From: Clostridia bacterium
GTDB lineage: Bacteria > Bacillota > Clostridia > Christensenellales > Aristaeellaceae
Length of the DNA stretch: 64,000 bases
Assembly: GCA_017481825.1 (NCBI GenBank)
Contig: JAFUOR010000020.1
Location: forward strand, 753 to 64,752
Direction: 5' to 3'
Shown: piece by piece, positions 36,778-45,632 of the stretch
How positions within the stretch are numbered: the stretch's first letter is position 1
Layout of the letters: every line of letters begins with the position of its first letter
The notes under the pieces: generated by a model
Databases searched by the model: none
Told to the model about the DNA's origin: nothing
Seen by the model: the letters and a program-made list of their open reading frames with translations, nothing else
Translations under genes and position numbers: made by a program

Positions 36778-37707
36778 ATGTCCTTCACCAAAGCCGACCT
36801 GGCAATCTCAACCATGTGGAATTTCCGCAAGGCCCACTCCGGCGAGGAGCTGATCGATCAGCTGAACGCTCTTGGTTTTTCCTGGGTCGAATTGAATTAC
36901 CAGGTGCTGCCCGAATGGATTCCCGGCATCCAGAAGCGCATGGCCGAGGGCGCCGTCAAGGTCAGCAGCGTGCATAACGTCTTCCCCAAGACCTTCGACA
37001 AGCGGTTTGACACCGATTCGGTGATGCTGGGCTATGAGGACGAGGCCCTGCGCCGCCAGGCCGTGGAGCTGGCAAAGATCAGCATCGACTGGGCCTGCAA
37101 GCTGGGCGCGGGCGCGGTAGTTTTCCACCCCACGGAGGTTCCGCTGGAACCCAACCGCTACGATGTACCGCTCAAGGCCCTTGTCAAGGCGCACCGGACA
37201 GACAGCGATGAATACCGCACCCTCCATGCCGATATGCTCGCCGCCCGGCAAAGCGCGCCCTACCTGAACCGTATGATGAAGTCCATCGACGAGCTGGCGG
37301 AACATGTCACCCGGCATGATTTACCCGTCAAGCTGGGCATGGAGAACCGCGCCATGTGCCACCAGTGTCCTACCTATCCGGAGTTTGAGCTCATCGCCAG
37401 GCGCTTTGCCGGAAGCCCCGTGGGCATCTGGCTGGATACTGGCCACGGCATCATGATGCAGGAGCTGGGCTTGCAGACCCTGCCCCTGAGCGACAGGGTA
37501 GCCTCCATGATCGTGGGCATGCACATCCACGACGCGGTGGACGCCCTTGACCACTATGCGCCCTGCACCCTCCCCGGTGATGTGCTTGCGCCCTTCCGGG
37601 AGTATATCACAAGCAGCCCCATCAAGGTTCTGGAGCTTTCCGGACGACTGAGCGCTGAGGAAATCATCAGCGGTACAGACCGGTTTGTTGAGCAATACGG
37701 CTGCTGA
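36778..37707 (+). CDS. sugar phosphate isomerase/epimerase-like protein (xylose isomerase-like TIM barrel)
   Basis: 309 aa. AP-endonuclease-2/TIM-barrel style pattern (VVFHPTE, GMENRA, WLDTGHG). ATG at 36778 after GGAGGGA. Confidence 0.8.
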   Translation: MSFTKADLAISTMWNFRKAHSGEELIDQLNALGFSWVELNYQVLPEWIPGIQKRMAEGAVKVSSVHNVFPKTFDKRFDTDSVMLGYEDEALRRQAVELAKISIDWACKLGAGAVVFHPTEVPLEPNRYDVPLKALVKAHRTDSDEYRTLHADMLAARQSAPYLNRMMKSIDELAEHVTRHDLPVKLGMENRAMCHQCPTYPEFELIARRFAGSPVGIWLDTGHGIMMQELGLQTLPLSDRVASMIVGMHIHDAVDALDHYAPCTLPGDVLAPFREYITSSPIKVLELSGRLSAEEIISGTDRFVEQYGC

Positions 37708-37735
37708 ATCACTTAAGAAACGAGGACTCCGCCCC

Positions 37736-38614
37736 TTGAAGCATCACACCGCCATCGCCGCTGCCATCCTGGCTGCCGCCCTCTACGCCCTCAACGCGCC
37801 CCTGTCCAAGCTCCTGCTCGCCGACGTGCCGCCCATGATGATGGCCGCCTTCCTCTACCTCGGCGCAGGGCTGGGGATGTTCATCCTGTCGCTGGCACGC
37901 CGTGCAAGCGGCCATCCCAGCACAGAGAAGCACCTCTCCCGCCGCGATCTGCCCTATACGCTGGGCATGATCGTGCTGGATATCCTGGCGCCCATCTTTC
38001 TGATGATCGGCCTGATGCGCACAACCTCCGCCAACGCATCGCTGCTGAACAACTTCGAGATCGTGGCCACGTCCCTCATTGCGCTGCTGATTTTCAAGGA
38101 GCGCATCAGCAAGCGGCTGTGGCTGGCCATTGGCCTGATCGTCCTTTCCAGCGTGCTGCTAACGCTGGAGGACACCACCAGCCTGCAATTCTCACTGGGT
38201 TCGGTGTTCGTGCTGCTGGCCTGCATCTGCTGGGGCATGGAAAACAACTGTACCCGCATGCTCTCCAGCAGCGATCCCCAGGAGATCGTGGTGGTAAAGG
38301 GGCTTGGCTCCGGCACTGGCGCGTTCATCGTGGCCCTGCTTTCCGGCGAGGTGCTGCCGCTGCTCTCCCGCATCCCCATGGTGCTGCTGCTGGGCTTTGT
38401 GGCCTACGGACTGAGCATCTATTTCTACGTCCGCGCACAGCGCAGCCTCGGCGCGGCACGCACCAGCGCTTACTACGCCATCGCGCCCTTCATCGGCGTG
38501 CTGCTGTCTCTGGTGATCTTCCGCCAATGGCCGGGAATGCTGTTCTTCGCCGCCCTTGGCATCATGATCGCCGCAACCGTGCTGGTCACGAAGGATCAGA
38601 ACGAAACGGAGTGA
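37736..38614 (+). CDS. DMT (EamA-like) family transporter
   Basis: 10-TM EamA-type protein. The start is uncertain: the track gives TTG at 37685, which overlaps the previous gene. I prefer the TTG at 37736, after ACGAGGA and just before TM1. Confidence 0.8.
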   Translation: MKHHTAIAAAILAAALYALNAPLSKLLLADVPPMMMAAFLYLGAGLGMFILSLARRASGHPSTEKHLSRRDLPYTLGMIVLDILAPIFLMIGLMRTTSANASLLNNFEIVATSLIALLIFKERISKRLWLAIGLIVLSSVLLTLEDTTSLQFSLGSVFVLLACICWGMENNCTRMLSSSDPQEIVVVKGLGSGTGAFIVALLSGEVLPLLSRIPMVLLLGFVAYGLSIYFYVRAQRSLGAARTSAYYAIAPFIGVLLSLVIFRQWPGMLFFAALGIMIAATVLVTKDQNETE

Positions 38615-38620
38615 CTCCCC

Positions 38621-39385
38621 GTGAACGAACGTGAGCTCCTGCAGCATGTATGCCTTGCCTACCAGAAGATTCTGGGCAAGAAGCTGGTTGGCTTCTACGT
38701 GCATGGCTCCATCGCCTTCGGCTGCTTTCACTGGGCAACGGGCGATATCGACTTTCTCGCCATGGTCGGCGCTCCGCTCCGCCAGGATGAAAAGGAGGCG
38801 CTGATCCGATTGCTGCTGGATCTGTCCGACAGCACGCCTCCCAAGGGCTTTGAAATGAGCGTCATTTTGCAGCAGGTGTGCAATCCCTTCGTCTATCCGA
38901 CGCCCTTTGAGCTGCATTTCTCCAACACGCACAAATCCCGGGCGGAGGCGGATCTCCCCGGCTTTTGCCGTACAATGAACGGCACCGACCCGGACCTGGC
39001 AGCCCATGTCACCGTGCTGCACAGCGCCGGTCTTACGCTGTACGGCCAAGCGATTCCCGCCGTCTTTGGCGAAGTCCCCCGTGCCTGCTATGTGGACAGC
39101 ATCCTGGCTGACGTGAACGGCGCGGCGGCGGAGATTGCTGACAACCCGGTCTATATCACCCTGAACCTGTGCCGTGTTCTGGCGTATGTGACGGACGGCG
39201 CAGTTCTGTCCAAGGAGCAAGGCGGCAGCTGGGGACTATCCCACCTTCCCCAGGCATATCACCCGCTGCTTTCCAATGCCCTGGGCGCCTACCGGGGTAC
39301 GGAAGGCTTCACCCAGACCACCCTTCTGTCCGCCTTTGCTGCGGACATGACCGCCCGTATCCGCACCGCCCAACAATCTTTCTGA
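38621..39385 (+). CDS. nucleotidyltransferase-domain protein, aminoglycoside adenylyltransferase-like (ANT/AadA-type with DUF4111-like C-terminus)
   Basis: 254 aa. NTase motif (FYVHGSIAFGCFHWATGDIDFL), then an AadA-like helical domain. GTG start 7 nt after the DMT stop. Confidence 0.75.
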   Translation: MNERELLQHVCLAYQKILGKKLVGFYVHGSIAFGCFHWATGDIDFLAMVGAPLRQDEKEALIRLLLDLSDSTPPKGFEMSVILQQVCNPFVYPTPFELHFSNTHKSRAEADLPGFCRTMNGTDPDLAAHVTVLHSAGLTLYGQAIPAVFGEVPRACYVDSILADVNGAAAEIADNPVYITLNLCRVLAYVTDGAVLSKEQGGSWGLSHLPQAYHPLLSNALGAYRGTEGFTQTTLLSAFAADMTARIRTAQQSF

Positions 39386-39399
39386 CAGGAGCTACCGCC

Positions 39400-41373
39400 A
39401 TGAAAAACATCCTGCGCTGCCTGCTGATCGCTCTCCTGATGTGCCTGCCCTTCTCTGCCGTGACAGCAGAGGAGGATGTGCTGTCCTTCAGCCTGGAAAG
39501 CGGCTTCTACGAGCACCCCATGCCCCTGAGCATCCTCTGCGACGTAAGGGGCGTATCCATTTATTACACCACTGACGGTACCGTGCCCGATGAAGACGAT
39601 TATCTCTATGAGGACACCATCACGCTCCTGTACACCACCAATACCAGGGAGCGCCTCGCCCGGGTGCGCGGCACCTCCATCAGCGAGGATTGGCAGGCTG
39701 ATATGGATTTTCCATCGGCTCACGTCATCCGCGCAGTGGCCATCGGCCCGGACGGTGCGCGCAGCAATGTGGTCAGCGGCACGTTCTTCATCGGCTATGA
39801 CCGGGAGAGCCTCTATGGCAAGTTGCCCATCATGTCCCTCATGCTGGACGAGGATGCGCTCTTTGATTACGAAACAGGCATCTACGTCCTTGGCAAAGCC
39901 TACGACGAGTGGAAGGTTCAGCAGACCGGCCCCTACGAATCCTGGCAGACGCAGGGCAATTATAGCCAGCGCGGCCGGGATTGGGAGCGCGCGGTCACGG
40001 TAGAATATCTGCCCTATGAATCCGAGGGCTTCACGCAGGACATGGGTGTGCGCATCAAGGGCGCAGCCTCCCGCGCCAACACCCAGAAAAGCCTGCGCCT
40101 CATCGCCCGGGAGGACTATGGTGAAAAGCAGGTCAAATACCAGCTTTTCCCCGACCACATGCGTCAGGACGGCACGGGGCTGGTGAATCGCTACAAGTCC
40201 TTCACCCTGCGCAACGGCGGCAATGACTGCGATTTCGGCAAAATTCGCGACCCCTACATTCAGCGTCTTGCCACGGGAATGAACTTCACCACCGCAGCCA
40301 CCATGCCCTGCATCGCCTTCATCAACGGCGAATACTGGGGCCTCTACACCCTGCATGAGGAATACAGCGACAACTACATCGAAAACCATTACGAGATCGA
40401 CAACAACAATGTCGTCACCGTGAAGAACAGCGCCGTGGAGGACGGCGAGGAAGAGGACATCGATCTGTACAAGGGCATGTTCGACTTCATCACCGAAAAC
40501 GATATGTCCGATCCTGCCCTCTATGCCCAGGCGGGTGAAATGCTGGACATGGCCTCCTTCATCGACTATCTGGCACTGAACCTCTACATCTACAACGAGG
40601 ACGGCATCTTTGCCAACAACAACTGGCAGATGTGGCGCGTGCGCGTTCCCGGCGAGGATGACGCAGCAGAGGCTGACGGCAAGTGGCGCATGATGGTCTT
40701 CGATACCGACTATTCCTCCGGCATCTACAACGACGGCAAGAACTTCGCCACGGACAACCTCTCCCCCGTCTTCACGGACGACACAGAATATGACTACCGG
40801 CATCCGCTGCTGCTCATCCGCTCCCTGATGGCCAACGAGGTCTTCAGGCGCCAGCTGGTCATGGCCCTTTGTGATGTGCGCAACTTCTATTTTGAGCAGT
40901 CCCGTGCCGGCGCGCTGCTGGACGAGATGACGGCCCAGTATCTCCCCTACGTACCGGACACCTTCCGCCGCTTTGGGCCAGCCTGGGTGGCGCAGTGGAA
41001 TCCGGAAAACCACTTCACAAACGAGCTCAAGCAGATCGGCACCTTCTTCGACGGGCGCTACAAGCGCTTCCCCTGGATCATCAAGAAGGGCATGGGCCTG
41101 ACCACTGAGCCCCGCACCGTCACCCTGTCCGTGTCAGACAGCGCCAAAGGCTCCGTGCAGGTCAACGGCCGCATGGCGCTTGACCTTGCCAATCCGCTGG
41201 AATGCAAGTACTTCAAGGAGTACCCCATCACCCTCACCGCCATTCCCGAAGACGGCGCGACCTTCGTCGGCTGGGAGGTCACGGGCGAGGGCTGCACCCT
41301 GTCCGACCCCACTGCGTTGACGGCAGAGGTCTCCTTCGAGAGCTCCTTCGGGATCAAAGCCATCTTTGAATAA
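39400..41373 (+). CDS. secreted CotH kinase family protein
   Basis: Signal peptide MKNILRCLLIALLMCLPFSAVTA. N-terminal IYYTTDGTVP-type module, CotH core (LRNGGNDCDFGKIRDPYIQ, INGEYWGLYTLHE) and a C-terminal beta-repeat domain. The track start at 39169 overlaps the previous gene and is rejected. Confidence 0.8.
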   Translation: MKNILRCLLIALLMCLPFSAVTAEEDVLSFSLESGFYEHPMPLSILCDVRGVSIYYTTDGTVPDEDDYLYEDTITLLYTTNTRERLARVRGTSISEDWQADMDFPSAHVIRAVAIGPDGARSNVVSGTFFIGYDRESLYGKLPIMSLMLDEDALFDYETGIYVLGKAYDEWKVQQTGPYESWQTQGNYSQRGRDWERAVTVEYLPYESEGFTQDMGVRIKGAASRANTQKSLRLIAREDYGEKQVKYQLFPDHMRQDGTGLVNRYKSFTLRNGGNDCDFGKIRDPYIQRLATGMNFTTAATMPCIAFINGEYWGLYTLHEEYSDNYIENHYEIDNNNVVTVKNSAVEDGEEEDIDLYKGMFDFITENDMSDPALYAQAGEMLDMASFIDYLALNLYIYNEDGIFANNNWQMWRVRVPGEDDAAEADGKWRMMVFDTDYSSGIYNDGKNFATDNLSPVFTDDTEYDYRHPLLLIRSLMANEVFRRQLVMALCDVRNFYFEQSRAGALLDEMTAQYLPYVPDTFRRFGPAWVAQWNPENHFTNELKQIGTFFDGRYKRFPWIIKKGMGLTTEPRTVTLSVSDSAKGSVQVNGRMALDLANPLECKYFKEYPITLTAIPEDGATFVGWEVTGEGCTLSDPTALTAEVSFESSFGIKAIFE

Positions 41374-41386
41374 GACCATCTGCAAT

Positions 41387-41420
41387 CATGCCCCGCCTCC
41401 CAAACAGGAGACGGGGCATG
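41387..41420. terminator. hairpin between the convergent CotH and nitroreductase genes
   Basis: CATGCCCCG - 16-nt loop - CGGGGCATG. T-rich on the plus side (TTCTCGTATT). Confidence 0.5.
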
Positions 41421-41432
41421 TTCTCGTATTCC

Positions 41433-42155
41433 TTACAGCTGTACGCTGCCCACGTAGTCATATCCATCCACGATTCGCGGTGCAGCCTCCTTCCAGAAGC
41501 GGAAGGTCTCCGGGTAGGACACCCGCAGATGCGCCAGCGCGATGCCCATATCAATGGCATTCAGCCTCCCATGGGTGCGCCGCTTGATGCGTCCCAGCGA
41601 TTCGCGGTAGGCATGCAGCACTTCCCCATCGTGGGTGAAGTACCACGGCTGCGAGTTCGTGGCCGAGGGCGCGAGCCGCACCACCTCCAGACGGTCATCC
41701 GCCTGATCGGTGATCTCCGCCATGGCTTTGCGGTTGAATTCCGCCCCATCCGCGCGTTCCGTCACGCCGTCCGGATAGCCGAAGGCCATCATCACCGCCA
41801 GCTTCATGCCCTCCGGCGCCGCTTCGCCATCATTCAGCCAGCCAAGCCCGACCCAGCATGTGCCAAGGCCCAGCGACTGCAAATACAGATCCAGCTGCTG
41901 ATACATAAAGCCGACATTCATCAAAGCATCGTCCGTCTCCTGCGCAAAAATAGCCAGGAAATGCGGATTGCGCCACTTCTGCAGGAAGCTCGCCTGCTCG
42001 CTGCGGATCATGCGCGCCTCCACCCCCGCACCGGAAACCAGCGGTTCAAGCCCCGCCATCACAGCACGGATGCCCGCCATCGTCTTCTCATCCACCGCCT
42101 CTGCACGATAATGCCGCACAGAACGGCGACGGGTGATCATCTCTTTCAATTCCAT
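41433..42155 (-). CDS. nitroreductase family protein
   Basis: 240 aa. N-terminal ITRRRSVRHY and APSATNSQPW motifs typical of the nitroreductase fold. Confidence 0.8.
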   Translation of the reverse strand: MELKEMITRRRSVRHYRAEAVDEKTMAGIRAVMAGLEPLVSGAGVEARMIRSEQASFLQKWRNPHFLAIFAQETDDALMNVGFMYQQLDLYLQSLGLGTCWVGLGWLNDGEAAPEGMKLAVMMAFGYPDGVTERADGAEFNRKAMAEITDQADDRLEVVRLAPSATNSQPWYFTHDGEVLHAYRESLGRIKRRTHGRLNAIDMGIALAHLRVSYPETFRFWKEAAPRIVDGYDYVGSVQL

Positions 42156-42213
42156 AAGCTACCTCCGCTTCAAATGATGCTTTCTGGTTTGCATTGTATC
42201 ATGTTGGTTCAGG

Positions 42214-42400
42214 TTCTGCAAGGGGCAGGCAGGGGCTTTGCCTCTGGACTCCACTCAGGGCCGCTTCATCCCTGAGAACCCCTTTTCGCGCTCTTGCTTG
42301 TGCTCCTTCGGTTGGGGTTGCGCACGCGTGGTTATTGAGGGGACGAAAATGGGTCGACGCCCCCTCCTGCAGAGGTCAGCGGAATGATGAATGGACTAAT
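42214..42400 (-). repeat. GC-rich REP-like dispersed repeat, copy C
   Basis: CTCCACTCAGGGCCGCTTCATCCCTGAGAACCCCTTTTCGCGCTCTTGCTTGTGCTCCTTCGGT is collinear with the copy B tail (16095-16168). Same orientation as B. Boundaries are approximate. Confidence 0.55.
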
Positions 42401-42437
42401 GCATTTGGGATGTTTTCATGATTTTTTTATTTTTCTC

Positions 42438-42482
42438 TTGACAAAATTCAGGTACCTGTATAAAATAATAGTCAGGTACCTG
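42438..42482 (+). promoter_or_regulatory. marR-ABC exporter promoter with twin palindromic operators
   Basis: TTGACA (42438-42443) - 17 nt - TAAAAT (42461-42466). The perfect palindrome CAGGTACCTG occurs twice (42449-42458 and 42473-42482), 24 bp centre to centre, bracketing the -10. Confidence 0.55.
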
Positions 42483-42507
42483 AGCAACATGTCATAAGGA
42501 GCAGCGT

Positions 42508-42933
42508 ATGAACATTGATCAGCAGCTGATGAAACATCTGAAGCAGACCCTCGCATCGGTTCGCAGGCATCCTCACGGCGATCCTGAGCATCATGGGCGA
42601 CACCGGGGGGCGGGGCATATCCTCGACCTGCTTTCCATCGAAAATGGCGTCAGCCAGCAGCAGATTGCCGGTGCGCTGTGCATCCGGCCCCAGTCCGTCT
42701 CCGAGGCCATCGCCACGCTGGAGGCGCGGGGTTTCATCCGCAAGGAAAGCAGCGCGGCTGACCGGCGCATCACGCTGATCTACCTGACGGAGGAGGGCCA
42801 GCGCCACGCCGCGATCCTCGCCCGGGAGCGCGAGGCCCATGCACAGCGGTTCTTCTCCGTCCTGAGAGATGATGAAAAGGCGACGCTCCTGACCCTACTG
42901 ACCAAACTGAACACCACAAAGGAGTGTGATTGA
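42508..42933 (+). CDS. MarR family transcriptional regulator
   Basis: 141 aa, winged-HTH MarR pattern (GVSQQQIAGALCIRPQSVSEAIATLEARGFIRKE..DRR). AAGGAG RBS. Confidence 0.9.
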   Translation: MNIDQQLMKHLKQTLASVRRHPHGDPEHHGRHRGAGHILDLLSIENGVSQQQIAGALCIRPQSVSEAIATLEARGFIRKESSAADRRITLIYLTEEGQRHAAILAREREAHAQRFFSVLRDDEKATLLTLLTKLNTTKECD

Positions 42934-42934
42934 T

Positions 42935-44848
42935 ATGATGAGAGGACCTGGAGGCCCGCCTCAGCCCTATGAGCACAAGCGCGTACCGCTGCCCACGGGC
43001 ATCAAGGATGTGCCGCGCTATCTGACGGAGCTGCTGGGCGGCTTCTTCTCCCGGTTTGCCTATATCGTCAAGCTGGTTTGGCAAACCGGACACTGGATTC
43101 TGTTTCTTCTTTCCTTCATCGCGCTGTTCAAGGGCGTCACGCCCGTTATCGGCGCGCTGATTTCCCAGGGCATCCTCAACGAGCTGCAAAAGGTCATCCA
43201 GCTGGGCGCGCTGCCGGAAGGCGAGTTCTGGCATTCGGCAGTGTTCCGTCTGCTGGTCTTCCTGTTTGTGTACCGCATTCTCAATCAGGTAGTGACCGAT
43301 CTGAGCCGCGCACTGAACCGCATCGCCGGGGAAAAGGTGGTCAAGCAGGTCAAGACGCAGATCATGGAGAAATCCAAGGAACTGGACGTGGCCTCCTTCG
43401 ATGACCCGGCGTTTTACGAGCGGATGGAGAATGCCAGCCGGGAGGCCGGTATGCGCCCGCTGCAGATCCTTACGGAAACCTTCGGCATCGTCAGCACGGT
43501 GATCGAGTTTGTCAGCTATCTGGCCATTCTCTTTGCCGCGCCGGGGCTGTGGTGGGCAACGCTGGTCATCATCGCGGTATCGATCCCCTCCGCAGTCATC
43601 AACTTCATCTACCGCCGCAAAAACTTCCAGTACATGCGCCGCCGCTCCAAGGAGAGGCGCCAGATGGACTACTATTCCAACCTGCTGGTCAACAAGGACA
43701 TGATCAAGGAAGTCCGCATGTACGACCTGGCAGATACCTTCATCGGACGTTATGCGGAGGTCTTCAAGGTCTACTATCGCGGTCTTCGCCGTCTGATCTT
43801 CTCAGAAAGCGCATGGCATATGGCCATCGGCGTTGTTGCAGGCATCACAAACCTGGTGTTCTATGTGCTCATCGCCAGGCAGGTGTTCACCGGGCAGATC
43901 ATGATCGGCGATTACACACTTTACACCAGCGCCATCGCCTCGGTGGCCAACTGCATCAACGCCCTCATCAGCACCTCAGGCACGATCTACGAGGGCACGT
44001 TGTTCATCGACAACCTGATTGCCTTCATGAACGAGCCCACCACCGTCACGCCGCGCATCGCCCAGCCGCGAACCGTGGCGCGCAGCACCGGCCACACCAT
44101 TGAGTTTTCCCATGTGAGCTTCCGCTATCCCGGCACCCGCCGCGATGTGCTGCACGATGTGAGCTTCGCCATCCAACCCGGCGAGACCCTTGCCCTTGTG
44201 GGCCTCAATGGCGCCGGTAAAACGACGCTGATCAAGCTCCTCACCCGCCTCTACGATCCCACGGAGGGGCGCATCCTGCTGGATGGTCACGACCTGCGGG
44301 ACTACGACCTGGCTGATCTGTACGCCACCTTCGGCATCATCTTCCAGGACTTTGGCCGCTATGCCGTGAGCGTGGAGGAAAACATCCGCTACGGCGATAT
44401 CCACAAGCAGGCCGACATGGACGAGGTGCGGTCCGCCGCCCGACAAAGCGCCGCCGGGGAATACATCGACGCGCTGCCCCACGGCTATGACACGCCCCTG
44501 ATGCGCATCTTTGAGCCGAATGGCATGGAGCTCTCCATCGGGCAATGGCAGAAGCTGGCCATCGCCCGCGCCTTCTACGCTGATTCGGAGATCCTCATCC
44601 TTGACGAGCCGACCGCCTCTCTCGACCCCATCGCCGAACAGGAGATCTTCAACCAGTTTGACGCCCTTCGCCACAACAAAACGACCATCTTCGTTTCTCA
44701 CCGCCTCTCCAGCGCCACCATCGCCGATCAGATCATCGTGCTGGAAAACGGCTGTCTGATCGAAAAGGGCTCCCATCAGGCTCTGATGGCGCAGCATGGA
44801 AAATACCACGAGTTGTTCTCCACGCAGGCCAAACGGTATATCTCATAA
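42935..44848 (+). CDS. ABC transporter ATP-binding/permease fusion (type IV exporter, MsbA/LmrA-like)
   Basis: 6-TM domain plus NBD (Walker A GLNGAGKTT, signature LSIGQWQK, Walker B ILILDEPT). ATG at 42935, 10 nt after AAGGAG. The track start is a GTG at 42926. Confidence 0.9.
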   Translation: MMRGPGGPPQPYEHKRVPLPTGIKDVPRYLTELLGGFFSRFAYIVKLVWQTGHWILFLLSFIALFKGVTPVIGALISQGILNELQKVIQLGALPEGEFWHSAVFRLLVFLFVYRILNQVVTDLSRALNRIAGEKVVKQVKTQIMEKSKELDVASFDDPAFYERMENASREAGMRPLQILTETFGIVSTVIEFVSYLAILFAAPGLWWATLVIIAVSIPSAVINFIYRRKNFQYMRRRSKERRQMDYYSNLLVNKDMIKEVRMYDLADTFIGRYAEVFKVYYRGLRRLIFSESAWHMAIGVVAGITNLVFYVLIARQVFTGQIMIGDYTLYTSAIASVANCINALISTSGTIYEGTLFIDNLIAFMNEPTTVTPRIAQPRTVARSTGHTIEFSHVSFRYPGTRRDVLHDVSFAIQPGETLALVGLNGAGKTTLIKLLTRLYDPTEGRILLDGHDLRDYDLADLYATFGIIFQDFGRYAVSVEENIRYGDIHKQADMDEVRSAARQSAAGEYIDALPHGYDTPLMRIFEPNGMELSIGQWQKLAIARAFYADSEILILDEPTASLDPIAEQEIFNQFDALRHNKTTIFVSHRLSSATIADQIIVLENGCLIEKGSHQALMAQHGKYHELFSTQAKRYIS

Positions 44849-44855
44849 AAAGAAT

Positions 44856-44890
44856 GCGGAACCGCCCAAGATGACGGTCCCGCGTTTTTC
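44856..44890. terminator. bidirectional terminator between convergent ABC genes
   Basis: GCGGAACC-loop-GGTCCCGC (one mismatch) with GTTTTTC on the plus side and TTCTTTTT on the minus side. Confidence 0.5.
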
Positions 44891-44927
44891 ATTCTTATCA
44901 TGCGCGTCGCTGACGGGGCTTTGGGGC

Positions 44928-45614
44928 TTACGCCTCTACCACCCTCAGCATTCCGCCGCGCAGGCTGTACATCACGTCTGCCTCCTTCGCCAGATCGCCG
45001 TCGTGGGTGACCATGATGATGGTCTTGCCGGAGCCCGGCTGGCCGTCCTTTTCTCTGACCAGCTGCTTGAGGATCGCCACCACGCGTCGACTGTTCTCTT
45101 CATCGAGATTGCCGGTGGGTTCATCGGCAAGAATCACCTTCGCGCCCGCTGCCAGCGCACGGGCGATGGCCACGCGCTGCTGCTCGCCACCAGATAGATT
45201 GCGGGGCAGGCGTTTGTGCAGCGATTCGGCGATATCCACCTTTGCCAGCAGCTCGGCAGCCGCCTTTCGTGCCTCGGCAGCCTTCACACCATTGAGCAGC
45301 TGCGGATACATCACGTTCTCGATCACCGTTGCATAGGTCAGCAGGTTGAACCGCTGGAAGATGGTCGTCACGCAGCTGTGGCGGTATCTGGCGGTCTTGA
45401 TTTCCTTCAAGGGTGTGCCGTCGTAGAGGATACGCCCCTCCTGCGGGTGATCCAGCGCCGCCATCAGCGACAGCATCGTCGACTTGCCGCAGCCGCTGGG
45501 GCCCTGAATGGTGTAGAACTTGCCCTGCTCAAAGGTGCATGTCACGCCATGCAGCACATCCACGCGGCTGCTGCGTCCGGTATAGGAATAGCTCACATTT
45601 TCAAGCGTCAGCAT
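44928..45614 (-). CDS. ABC transporter ATP-binding protein (MacB/LolD/FtsE type)
   Basis: 228 aa. Walker A GPSGCGKST, signature LSGGEQQR, Walker B ILADEPTGNLD. Confidence 0.9.
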   Translation of the reverse strand: MLTLENVSYSYTGRSSRVDVLHGVTCTFEQGKFYTIQGPSGCGKSTMLSLMAALDHPQEGRILYDGTPLKEIKTARYRHSCVTTIFQRFNLLTYATVIENVMYPQLLNGVKAAEARKAAAELLAKVDIAESLHKRLPRNLSGGEQQRVAIARALAAGAKVILADEPTGNLDEENSRRVVAILKQLVREKDGQPGSGKTIIMVTHDGDLAKEADVMYSLRGGMLRVVEA

Positions 45615-45632
45615 CGTTTTGCCTCCTTCACA

